A DNA stretch of 64,000 nucleotides, taken from a virus. Position numbers and translations under genes: made by a program. Under the pieces are notes generated by a model that was not told the origin of the DNA, ran no database searches, and saw nothing but the letters and a program-made list of their open reading frames with translations. The stretch covers positions 1 to 64,000 of the IMG/VR virus record IMGVR_UViG_3300025459_000003. One strand, 5' to 3'. Shown here in pieces: positions 1 to 9,077 of this stretch (within the stretch, counting starts at the first letter, position 1; each line of letters starts with the position of its first letter).

Positions 1-150
1 GAGTTCGTCTCGGTCCCCAAGGACTGGAGCGACGAGGAGATAAAGTCCGAGCTGGAGGAATGGTGCTCTCAGTTCGGCTGCTGGCACATGAGCGAGAGCA
101 TGATGAGGTACGGGTGGAACGACAAGAAGGATTTTGGGAACAGAAAGTAG
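1..150 (+). CDS. 3' end of hypothetical protein (partial)
   Basis: Frame 1 is open from the window edge (EFVSVPKDWSDEEIKSELEEW...) to TAG at 148-150. Confidence 0.5.
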   Translation, partial: EFVSVPKDWSDEEIKSELEEWCSQFGCWHMSESMMRYGWNDKKDFGNRK

Positions 151-297
151 GCCAGATGCTCTGCCGGAACTGCGTCGAGATGCTTGCCGGACGCCAGCCG
201 AACGCCCCTCCCCCGAGACCGCAGGGGATGCCGACCGAACGGTGCGAGAGGTGCTTCAACCGGGTAGGGACATTGAAAGTTGTTGAAAATAAAGCAC

Positions 298-1221
298 TTA
301 GCCCAAAAGCCACCTTTGCTGTCTCAAGCCCGCGCTGAACGGCCTGTTGGCCGTGATGAGCGGTGCCCACTCCGCGAACTCCGCCTTGTAGCTCTCGCCC
401 AGCGACAAATACAATGACGACTTGTTGATGTCCAGGCTGACGCCGTTCAGGCTGTAGCTGAACTCGTCCGCCGCCCACCTCGCCCCCTCGGCGCTCAGGC
501 ACGACGCCGCCGCCCCCACCGCCGCGCACTTCCCCCAGTCGGCGGGCACGGAATCCAGGGTGTAGCTGGTCAGGTTCTTGGGGTTCCAGGTGTTCAGCTT
601 GGCTATCGCTATGTCCAGCATCCTCAGTATGGTGGGGTCGAGCCATATGTACCCCACCCGGCTGGTGTAGCCCGCCACGACCTTGCCCGGCGTGGGCGGC
701 CTGAAATGGTAGTTCCTGTCCGGGTTGGTGTCGCTCAGCAGCTCCCTCACGTACATGATGGCGGGGGCGTACTTGTTCGTGGTGGCGGGGCGGGGGGCGA
801 TTATCGCCGAGGCCGCCTCGAACGAGGCGCTCGCCGGGTCCACGGTCTGCACGACGAAGTCCTCGTACACCCGGCTCTCCGGCTGCCCGTGGTATTGCAC
901 GAGGTACCATACCAGGCGGAACACGCCCTTCCAGATCGTGGGCACGGTCAGGTTCACGAAGTAGGCTCCCTGCGAGCTCCGCGCGGGGACCAGCTTGGGC
1001 TGGGTCACGAGGGCGAGGCTGGTGTCCGTGGCGGCCGCCATGTGGGTCGGCTGCTCCAGGTCGAAGTCGTAGGCCCGCTGGCCGAACGTCGGCACCCTGT
1101 CCGAGACCTGGAATATGGTGTAGGCTATGATGGCGGGGTCTATCAGCGCCCCGTTCGAGTCCCTCACCAGGATGCTGAGGTCGCCCGGCCCGAGGGCTTT
1201 CCCCTGAGTTACGGTCTGCAT
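298..1221 (-). CDS. Putative virion structural protein (neck/head-tail adaptor-like)
   Basis: 307 aa, GC3-rich codon usage, purine-rich RBS, late-type promoter motif at 1253-1232, next to the sheath gene. Function inferred from context. Confidence 0.55.
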   Translation of the reverse strand: MQTVTQGKALGPGDLSILVRDSNGALIDPAIIAYTIFQVSDRVPTFGQRAYDFDLEQPTHMAAATDTSLALVTQPKLVPARSSQGAYFVNLTVPTIWKGVFRLVWYLVQYHGQPESRVYEDFVVQTVDPASASFEAASAIIAPRPATTNKYAPAIMYVRELLSDTNPDRNYHFRPPTPGKVVAGYTSRVGYIWLDPTILRMLDIAIAKLNTWNPKNLTSYTLDSVPADWGKCAAVGAAASCLSAEGARWAADEFSYSLNGVSLDINKSSLYLSLGESYKAEFAEWAPLITANRPFSAGLRQQRWLLG

Positions 1222-1358
1222 TCTCTCTCCCCTGCCTAAGGAAACGGATAGTCCTTTGGCAAGCCGGTCCCGAAAATTAACTATGCCCCATATTCTATAG
1301 CGGGGTAACCCCTGCGGCGGAAGGCGTTTCCCGCCCTGGCGGCGGGACGAGAGGCACC

Positions 1359-1748
1359 ATGAAAAGCTACGACTTCAAGTGTTCCAAGTGCGGGATAGAC
1401 CTGGAGGTGCGCATGCCGATGGCGACCGCGACCTTCGGGGACCGGCCCTGCCCGGCGAAATGCGGCGGGAGGTGCACCTACCAAGTGTCGGGCGCTCCCG
1501 CAGTCGGCACGGCCAACATGACGAACCCATCCTTCGACGTGGTGGTGGGGAAGGACGCGGAGAAGAGGTGGGAGGGTATCCACGACAGGCAGAAGGCCCG
1601 GGAAAGGGTCCGCCGGGAACTCTACGGAGACCAGAAGGTGGTCAGGGCGCTCCGGGCGACCGGGACGGGAAAATCCGACTACGAGCCCATCGAGGGAGCG
1701 TCCGTACGTGCCGTGGAAATCCCCGATTTTGCGCAGGAGAAGGCTTGA
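1359..1748 (+). CDS. FmdB-like zinc-ribbon protein
   Basis: N-terminal YDFKCSKCG...CPAKCGG, typical of the CxxC-CxxC FmdB family; GAGG RBS. Confidence 0.7.
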   Translation: MKSYDFKCSKCGIDLEVRMPMATATFGDRPCPAKCGGRCTYQVSGAPAVGTANMTNPSFDVVVGKDAEKRWEGIHDRQKARERVRRELYGDQKVVRALRATGTGKSDYEPIEGASVRAVEIPDFAQEKA

Positions 1749-1858
1749 ATGCATAGGCATAGCGGAAGAAAACAGACTTTCGCTTCTATTTGGTGAAAGC
1801 AGGGTTTTAGCAGGAGCCCGTTCGGCGGCTTGATAGTCGAAACTTAAGGAGAAACGTC

Positions 1859-4800
1859 ATGGCACTATTCGGATCGTATGCCCCGCCTGGAGTCTACACG
1901 AGCGTCGTCATCAGCGGAGGGGGGCAGCCCCTCTTCGGCAGCGCCCGCATCCCCGTCATCATCGGGGAAGGGCAGGAGTTCTTCGCCCAGGACAACGTCG
2001 AGCTACATCGCGGCTCCTCGCCCGTGGCGGACGACCAGGTCGTGAACGAGAACATCTCCGACCAGGTGAAGTCCATCACCAACCAGTTCAAGGCCACCTA
2101 CTTCCCCGTGGTCACGGGGGACGGGTCCGGCACGGTGACGGACGACTCGTCCAAGGTGCAGGTCGTGGTGGAGGGGATACCCGCCACCGTCATCTCCCTT
2201 GACGGGGAGACGGGGGCCTTCACCACGCAGGAGCTCGTCACGCCCGGCCAGAACGTCGAGATCACCTACTACTTCAAGAGGACCGACACGCTCGTCCCCA
2301 ACGAGGACCTGTCGGCACAGGTCCCGGCCTTCTCGTCCCTCAAGGTATGGGACTCGACCCATGCCGTCAGCACCATCCTCGGCACCACCCTGCCGGGGGC
2401 CGTGGGCAACGAGATCACCCTGGCCCTGACGGACGACTACCTGAACTCGCCCCCGGGGACCGGCGTGTCCGACGCCCTGGCCGTGAGCGGGGCGGGGACC
2501 GACTCCATCTCCATTGACATCCGCAAGACCGACGGCAGCGTCCGGGACATCGAGGACCTCTACAGCCTCGTCCAGGCCGGGATACCGACCCTGGATGCGG
2601 GCTACCTGACGGCGACCGTCCCGGCCCCCGTCACCACCTCCCCGCCCACCGCCTTCCCGCTCAGCACCATGACGGCGACGCACTTCTCGGGCGGCGCGGG
2701 CCCGAACAGCAACATGGTCTTCAAGGTCAAGCACGTCCCCATCGTGGACGGCAGCAACGGGGGCGTCGTCACCACCGACCCGACCAAGGTCGCCGTGCTC
2801 GTCAATGGGGCAAGTGCCAAGGTCCGGGCGGTCGACGGCGTCCACGGGCTGGTGACTTTGCTCAACCCGGTGACGTACGGCTCCACGCTTGCCGCCACCT
2901 ACTACACCAACACCTACCAGAACACCTACGACCTGCTGCCGGCCAGCAACGTGGCCAGCATCACGGAAGTCGGGCTGGGGCCGGACCGCAGCGACTTCAT
3001 CGAGGACACCGACTTCGTCCTCGGCACCGACGCCAACGGCAACGGGACGATCAACTGGGGGGCCAGCACCACCACGGAGGTCGGCACCTCCACGACCGGC
3101 TACACCCCGTTCGGCCCGGCGCAGATCACCACCGCGCTGGTGGACGAGAAGGTCTACCTCCGCCCGTGCCACGGCTCGGTCAACGGCAGCAACCTGGCCT
3201 TCGTCCTTCCGGACGTGCCGGTCGACGGCAGCGGGCTGTCCCGCCCGACCGACGACCCCAGCAGGATCGCCGTGTACGTCGGGGCCGACCCGGTGTCGGC
3301 CCTCACCGCAGGGGCGGTAAGGGTCGTCTCCCTCTCGGGGAGCACGGGGGCGTTCTCCCTGTACGTCCCGCCGACGGCGGGGCAGGGCGTGTACGCCACC
3401 TACTGGCGCAACACCCTGAACGACCACAGCTACACCGTGGCGGTCAAGAGCCCCGGCATCCCGGGGCAGGGCACCTATTCCATCAAGGACGAGATCGGGC
3501 GCGTCCTGCCCGTGGCGACCAACGGGACCAACATAGTCACCGACACCAACTTCAACACCACCGGCATCGTATGGCCGAGCGCCTTCTCCGACCTCTGGGC
3601 CGAGCCCGGGTCGATTGACGAGGTCGTGACGCTGGCCTTCCAGGACGACGGCCTGTCCAACATCAGCATCCCCGCCACGCAGGCGACGCTGACCGCCCAG
3701 GGGATCGTCTTCACGGCATCGTCCCCCGGGGCGGCCGGGAATTCCGTCCAGGTCGCCTTCGACACCACGGGAAGCGGGGCACCCCTCGTCAACGGGAGCA
3801 AGGTGACGATAAGGGGGTCCATCACCCAGGCCGCCGCGGCGGCGCAGTTCCCCGTGACCGTGTCGGGAATCAGCATACTCGCATCGCTCGCGCCCGGCAA
3901 CACGGGATCCGTCCTGGTGCAGACGGCCGCCCCCCTGAACCTGTCGGACGGGCAGGACGCCGTCACCGAGCCGTACGCCGACCGCTACCTGGTCACGTCC
4001 TCGGCGGCCCCCAAGGGCTCCGCGGGCACGGGGTACCTCGGGCAGACCTACATCGACGCCAGCACGGCGCTCAAGTTCACCATCGTCGACCCGCAGGAGG
4101 CGCTCGGCTACGGCTACACCACGCTTCCCTCCCCGCAGTACGCCTTCCGTCCGGGGGACACGCTGACCTTCGTCATCAGCAGCGAGGCCGTCCGCCACAC
4201 CGGGTCGGCATACTTCCCCTACGGCAACGCGGAGCCGAACAACCTCGTCGCCATCCCGGGCCTCACGACCAAGGTGGCCACGAACTTCGGGGCCAACGTC
4301 GGGGACACCGCCATAATCGACACCTTCAACAAGTCGGGGAACGAGCCGCTGGTGGGTGAGTTCTACTACGTGTCGTTCACGGTCGCCAAGGCCGCCTCCG
4401 ACATGACCATCAAGCTCTACGACACACCGGAGGACGCCTACGCCGTCTACGGGCAGCCCAGCACGGTCAACCGGGTGTCCCTGGGAATCCAGCTCCTCAC
4501 GCAGAACGGGGCCCAGCAGTTCGGGGTCATCCAGGTGCCGAAGCAGGCCGGGTTCAACACGGCCTCGGACGCGGACTTCATCTCCGCCATACAAAGCCTT
4601 GCCGTGGCGCTGCCGGGAAGCACGCAGAAGGCGGCCGTCGTCGTGCCCCTGAGCACGAGCACGTCGGTCCATCAGTTCCTCAGCAGGTTCCTCATCACGC
4701 AGGCGGGCGTCAGGAACAAGGGCGAGGCCATCGGCTTCGTGGGGTACAGCCTCTACACCGACGCCAGCACGGCGCGTGCCAACGCCCGGGCAGTCAAGAA

Positions 4801-5407
4801 CGCCCGCATGATCGCCATCGGGATGCCCGCCGCGGCGGTGGTGCTCACCGACTCCCAGACCGGGGTCGGCATCGAGTACTCCGTGTCGGGCGAGTTCATG
4901 GCGGCGGCGCTGGCGGGCCTCAACCTCAACCCGTCGAACGACGTGGCCACGACGCTGACCGAACAATCCCTCGTCGGGTTCTCCAGGCTGCTCGTCCAGT
5001 ACGACGACACGACCATGAACCTGATGGCGGCCGACGGCCTGGTCTGCCTGACCAACAACAACGGGGCGCTCTTCGTCCGGCACTACAAGAGCACGGACCC
5101 GAGCAACCCCATCACGTCCGAGCCGACCTGCACGACGGTCACGGACTACGTCTGCCAGTTGTTCAGGGCCGACCTCAAGCAGTTCATCGGGCGCAAGCTG
5201 GTGGACGGGCTGACCACGGACATCAGCGTCGTCTGCTACTCCCGGCTGAACTCGCTCATCAACAACCAGATCATCTCCGGGTACAAGGCCCTGAACGTGG
5301 TCGAGGACCCGGACGACCCGACCACGGTGGACGTCACGGTGACGTTCAAGCCCATGTTCTCGTTGCTCTACATCAGCGTGACCTTCACGGTCACGACGAG
5401 CCTGTAA
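1859..5407 (+). CDS. Contractile tail sheath protein
   Basis: 1182 aa; N-terminal YAPPGVY; C-terminal sheath domain (FIGRKL...DPTTVDVTVTFKPMFSLLYISVTF); AAGGAG RBS. Confidence 0.9.
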   Translation: MALFGSYAPPGVYTSVVISGGGQPLFGSARIPVIIGEGQEFFAQDNVELHRGSSPVADDQVVNENISDQVKSITNQFKATYFPVVTGDGSGTVTDDSSKVQVVVEGIPATVISLDGETGAFTTQELVTPGQNVEITYYFKRTDTLVPNEDLSAQVPAFSSLKVWDSTHAVSTILGTTLPGAVGNEITLALTDDYLNSPPGTGVSDALAVSGAGTDSISIDIRKTDGSVRDIEDLYSLVQAGIPTLDAGYLTATVPAPVTTSPPTAFPLSTMTATHFSGGAGPNSNMVFKVKHVPIVDGSNGGVVTTDPTKVAVLVNGASAKVRAVDGVHGLVTLLNPVTYGSTLAATYYTNTYQNTYDLLPASNVASITEVGLGPDRSDFIEDTDFVLGTDANGNGTINWGASTTTEVGTSTTGYTPFGPAQITTALVDEKVYLRPCHGSVNGSNLAFVLPDVPVDGSGLSRPTDDPSRIAVYVGADPVSALTAGAVRVVSLSGSTGAFSLYVPPTAGQGVYATYWRNTLNDHSYTVAVKSPGIPGQGTYSIKDEIGRVLPVATNGTNIVTDTNFNTTGIVWPSAFSDLWAEPGSIDEVVTLAFQDDGLSNISIPATQATLTAQGIVFTASSPGAAGNSVQVAFDTTGSGAPLVNGSKVTIRGSITQAAAAAQFPVTVSGISILASLAPGNTGSVLVQTAAPLNLSDGQDAVTEPYADRYLVTSSAAPKGSAGTGYLGQTYIDASTALKFTIVDPQEALGYGYTTLPSPQYAFRPGDTLTFVISSEAVRHTGSAYFPYGNAEPNNLVAIPGLTTKVATNFGANVGDTAIIDTFNKSGNEPLVGEFYYVSFTVAKAASDMTIKLYDTPEDAYAVYGQPSTVNRVSLGIQLLTQNGAQQFGVIQVPKQAGFNTASDADFISAIQSLAVALPGSTQKAAVVVPLSTSTSVHQFLSRFLITQAGVRNKGEAIGFVGYSLYTDASTARANARAVKNARMIAIGMPAAAVVLTDSQTGVGIEYSVSGEFMAAALAGLNLNPSNDVATTLTEQSLVGFSRLLVQYDDTTMNLMAADGLVCLTNNNGALFVRHYKSTDPSNPITSEPTCTTVTDYVCQLFRADLKQFIGRKLVDGLTTDISVVCYSRLNSLINNQIISGYKALNVVEDPDDPTTVDVTVTFKPMFSLLYISVTFTVTTSL

Positions 5408-5413
5408 GGAAAA

Positions 5414-5445
5414 GAGGGGGAAAAGGCACCTACCTTTTCCCCCTC
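5414..5445. terminator. Hairpin downstream of the sheath gene
   Basis: GAGGGGGAAAAGG / CCTTTTCCCCCTC perfect 13-bp inverted repeat. Confidence 0.5.
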
Positions 5446-5459
5446 GAAAAGGTGAGGGA

Positions 5460-5906
5460 ATGCAAGTGAATCCTGTAGTTACACAGGCCAGCGGGGTCAT
5501 CATGATAAGCCTCCAGGCCCTGTTCGTGGGAGACCCGGCCGATGCCTCGGACAAGGCCAAGATCGCCGGGCTGGGTGACCCGCAGATTTCCCTCGTGGGG
5601 AACGGGACCTTCACCGACCCGTCCAACCCGTCCTTCACCTTCACCTTCCCGTCCAACCAGGACTACGTCGGGATAACGACGGAAATGTCGGGGAGCCAAG
5701 TGAGGTTCATGCTGGCCCTCCCGCAGCCACCCCCCGGGAATCCGAACCAGCCCGCGCCGACGCAGGGGCCGCTCGACTGCATAACGCCGAACCCGAGCCA
5801 GGCGGCGATAGTGTGGTACAACGCCATGATCTCGGCGATCAGGGCCGCCATGACGGCGCTAAGGAACCAGTCGTTGGTCCCGGTCCTGTCTCCGGCGACC
5901 ATTTAG
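5460..5906 (+). CDS. Hypothetical virion protein
   Basis: 148 aa ORF with RBS, within the structural cluster. Confidence 0.6.
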   Translation: MQVNPVVTQASGVIMISLQALFVGDPADASDKAKIAGLGDPQISLVGNGTFTDPSNPSFTFTFPSNQDYVGITTEMSGSQVRFMLALPQPPPGNPNQPAPTQGPLDCITPNPSQAAIVWYNAMISAIRAAMTALRNQSLVPVLSPATI

Positions 5907-5915
5907 GAGAGAAGG

Positions 5916-7766
5916 ATGAAATCCAACCTGATAGCCCGTCGCAAGAAGGCAAAGCTGCTGGTCAGCCTCGACACGCTCAGGCAGGCCGTCCAGGAAGCCT
6001 ACAAGCTGGAGCCCATCCTCCAGTCGACCAACGACGCCCGTTTGGAGCAGCTCCATGCCGCCACCGCATGGCTTTCCGACATCCTTGCACTGGGCACGGA
6101 CGCGGAAAGGTCCCTGGACGACGCCGCAAGCCCCCGGTATGCCCAGACCGCCAAGAAATACGTGAACTGGATCGGCCAGCTTGCCGGGCAGTTCCGCACC
6201 ACCGTGAAGCAGACGGAAATGCCGCCCAAGGCCCCGCAGGCCGTGGCGGCGTCCTCCGGCAGCGACCCGTGGGTCACCGACAGGGACAAGGAAGACAAAG
6301 CCAAGGCCCCGGAGAAGGCGGAAGTCCCTCGCTTGGCGACGAAAAAGACTGCGCAGCCCGCAGCACCGGGCGCAGCCCCTGCAGCGACGCCGCCTCCCCC
6401 TCCTCCTCCAGTGCCAGCAGCCGGGCCCGACGGATCGGTGGACGTCCACCAGATGTCCAGCGATGCGCTCAGCAAGGTAGTCAAGGCCCTGGCCGACGTG
6501 GAACTCAACGACAAGGCCGCCCTGGCGCTCGTCGAGCAGGCCGCCAAGGAGCTCAAGGGACGCCCCGTGGAGGCCGCCCCCGAGCCCGCCCCGAAGGCCG
6601 CCGCGATCGGCGCGGTCCCGGGCAAGAAGGTCACGCACGTCGTATACGACGCCTCTCCGAACGGCTACACGGTGTTCATCATGGCGGGGGGAGAGATAGT
6701 CGACGAGTACAACGCCGGGAACCACCCGCAGGATTCCATGGCCTCTCTGCCGTCCAACGACCCCACGGCGGTGCCCTTCGAGGGAATCCTTGAGGCCGCC
6801 AGGCGGACGGCGGAGGAGATGGCCGAGGAGCACGGCGTGCCGGGCCAAGTCTCGCGGGACGAGGACATACTCTCGGAGGAGCGCGGGGACGACCCCCTTG
6901 GGGATGATGGGGTGGACAGGAAGGTATTCGGAGGCCTCAACATGGCATCGGCAGAGAAGGAGGCGACCGGGAAGGTCGCCGTGGCCCCCCCGGGGGCGGA
7001 GCACGCCGTGAAGGAGATGAAGAAGGACCCCGACATCGACAACCCGTTCGCGCTTGCATGGTACATGAAGAACAAGGGGGACAAGTTCAAGGGGAGCAGC
7101 TTCAAGGAGGCCCAGGCGGCGATGCGCAAGGAGCTTGCCGACCATTACCTCAAGCTCGCCACCGGCCAGGGCGGTTCCTGGTTCGTCCACAACGAGGACA
7201 CCCTGAAGGTCAAGGAGGACGGCGGCAGGACGCCCGAGATCGCCGAGGCGCACGGGCTGGAGGACGAGGGCCCGGCGAAGCTGGACCGCCCCGCCACGGA
7301 GCTGCCCTCCAAGTTCGCGGCGGACACGATGTACTGCACGAAATGCCACAAGGATGCTCACACGAAGACGTCCAAAGGACTGACCCGCTGCGCCGATTGC
7401 GGGAGCGTCCTGTTCACCAGCCCCGAGGCACAGGGGGGGAACATCTCGGCGACGGGCAAGAACGTCGTCGCCGCCGACGAGGTCAGCGCCTCCAAGGCGC
7501 TCAAGCAGGTGGAGAAGCTGGCCGAGCGGCTCAAGGAAATGTACCTCGACGCCAAGGAAGTGACCGAAGCCAACGACTCCCGGCCCGTCCGGGAGGCGGT
7601 CGAGGCCATCTACCGGGCGTACGACCTGCTCGGGCAGGCCGCCAAGGTCCTGGGCAAGCAGCAGATGCAGGAGCAGGCCGAAGAGGACGCCGTCAAGCAG
7701 AAGGAGAAGGGGAAGAAGAAGAAAGGGTCGCTGCTCGACGACCTGTCGCTCGCGGCGGCGGAGTAA
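5916..7766 (+). CDS. Multidomain putative internal head protein with K-x-A motifs and a Zn ribbon
   Basis: 616 aa; Pro/Ala linkers; CTKC...CADC; KKTA, KEA, KVA, KLA, KFA at segment boundaries; WVTDRD motif. Confidence 0.6.
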   Translation: MKSNLIARRKKAKLLVSLDTLRQAVQEAYKLEPILQSTNDARLEQLHAATAWLSDILALGTDAERSLDDAASPRYAQTAKKYVNWIGQLAGQFRTTVKQTEMPPKAPQAVAASSGSDPWVTDRDKEDKAKAPEKAEVPRLATKKTAQPAAPGAAPAATPPPPPPPVPAAGPDGSVDVHQMSSDALSKVVKALADVELNDKAALALVEQAAKELKGRPVEAAPEPAPKAAAIGAVPGKKVTHVVYDASPNGYTVFIMAGGEIVDEYNAGNHPQDSMASLPSNDPTAVPFEGILEAARRTAEEMAEEHGVPGQVSRDEDILSEERGDDPLGDDGVDRKVFGGLNMASAEKEATGKVAVAPPGAEHAVKEMKKDPDIDNPFALAWYMKNKGDKFKGSSFKEAQAAMRKELADHYLKLATGQGGSWFVHNEDTLKVKEDGGRTPEIAEAHGLEDEGPAKLDRPATELPSKFAADTMYCTKCHKDAHTKTSKGLTRCADCGSVLFTSPEAQGGNISATGKNVVAADEVSASKALKQVEKLAERLKEMYLDAKEVTEANDSRPVREAVEAIYRAYDLLGQAAKVLGKQQMQEQAEEDAVKQKEKGKKKKGSLLDDLSLAAAE

Positions 7767-7849
7767 CGTAGCGGCGATTGCAAGGAAAGGGACTTTCAGG
7801 GATTTGAGTAGGATGCCGCCCGTATAGGTCGGCTTTCAGGAGGAAGACA

Positions 7850-8542
7850 ATGGCGCAGGGTGGTTACATCTATCAGCAGGGGGCGAGCCCCCAGACGGAA
7901 GCCGTCATCAGCTCCCGCTTCAAGATTTTCACCGACGTCGTGGGCGTCGGGAAGTTCGTGAAGCTGGGCGTGACGTCCTCCTTCCAGATTTCCGAGACGC
8001 GCACGGTCGAGGCCATCCGCGGGCTAGGCTACGGCGATCAGATCGCCGAGCTGGTGCCCGGCGTCACCGAGCCGCTGAGCATCACCATCCAGCGCACGTG
8101 CCTCTACCTGGCCAACATCATGCAGGTGCTGGGCTACAAGGCGGGCGTGAGCGGCGGCGTACGCTCCATCCGCCACCACAGGTGGCCCTTCGACATCAAG
8201 ACCGAGATCGTGTTCAGCCAGCTCGCCTCCGAGGATCCCGCCAACGCGGCCGGGACGGGCGGGGGGACCCCCGACCTTACCAAGGCCGACATCCCGAACG
8301 AGGGCGGCCTCAACAACCTCGGCAACCCGGGCCTGTTCGCCGTGGCCACAGTGTACGAGGGTTGCTGGATCAGCAACTATACGACGGGGTACGCCATCGA
8401 GACCGCCGCCGTGAACGAGAACGTCACCGTGTCGGTGACGGACATCTTCGACGTGTCCGGCACGGTCTACGGCGAGTTCCTGGACAGCGGCATGAACGCT
8501 GGCGACGCCACCGGGCGCAGCCTGCTGTACTCGATTTCGTAG
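7850..8542 (+). CDS. Tail tube protein
   Basis: 230 aa, beta-rich; ETRTVEAIRGLG...ELVPG...YEGCWISNY pattern typical of myophage tubes; AGGAGG RBS; near the sheath. Confidence 0.8.
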   Translation: MAQGGYIYQQGASPQTEAVISSRFKIFTDVVGVGKFVKLGVTSSFQISETRTVEAIRGLGYGDQIAELVPGVTEPLSITIQRTCLYLANIMQVLGYKAGVSGGVRSIRHHRWPFDIKTEIVFSQLASEDPANAAGTGGGTPDLTKADIPNEGGLNNLGNPGLFAVATVYEGCWISNYTTGYAIETAAVNENVTVSVTDIFDVSGTVYGEFLDSGMNAGDATGRSLLYSIS

Positions 8543-8635
8543 AGACGGGCCTTTAGTCAAGGACGGGACGGGCACATGGCCCGCATCCTGTTGTGTCGTT
8601 CCATTCTTAGCCTATTCTGTTGTACCATTTTTAGC

Positions 8636-9004
8636 TTATTGTGTCGAGGTCATGAGCATCTTGTATCTCTTCGACGGATGCTTGGTGAGGAACCCCGTCC
8701 TCCTCCCCTTCTCGTAGGGAATGCGCTCGTCCTTCCACTGCCCCGCCGTGGGGTCGGCTATACTTCCGTCGTCCCTGGCCAGGAACCAGTGGGTCCATCC
8801 CGGGCCGCTCAGGACCACCAGGACGTATCCCCTTTGCCTTCCCCATATGTGGAACAGGGTTTCGGCGGCAAGATAGCAGTGCCCGAAGGTGAAGTGGTCG
8901 CCCGGCTTCCTTTTCTCCAGCCATTCCGGGCTCATCAGGTCGTCCGACAGGGCTTCCTGGACGGCCCGCATGGCGCTTTTCTTGGTCAGGTCCCGTGTGC
9001 TCAT
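8636..9004 (-). CDS. Small protein with a Cys-His-Asp (papain/transglutaminase-like) motif set
   Basis: GHCY...THWFL...DPTAGQ ordering. Confidence 0.5.
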   Translation of the reverse strand: MSTRDLTKKSAMRAVQEALSDDLMSPEWLEKRKPGDHFTFGHCYLAAETLFHIWGRQRGYVLVVLSGPGWTHWFLARDDGSIADPTAGQWKDERIPYEKGRRTGFLTKHPSKRYKMLMTSTQ

Positions 9005-9077
9005 GGGCTCATCGGATGCAATACCGGTTTTTCGTCAGAAATCCGTGTCTATCCGATGCTTTATGTGAAAGGCGAAT

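Noticed and set aside
2003-5656. Very long antisense ORFs (also 21780-24755, 36100-38103, 59339-61093, 44481-46358)
   Set aside because: Shadow frames of GC3-biased real genes; Arg/Gly/Val-rich, with no motifs or RBS.
8586-8636. Imperfect duplication CTGTTGT...CCATT.TTAGC
   Set aside because: Short and degenerate, in a convergent intergenic gap; no function can be supported.
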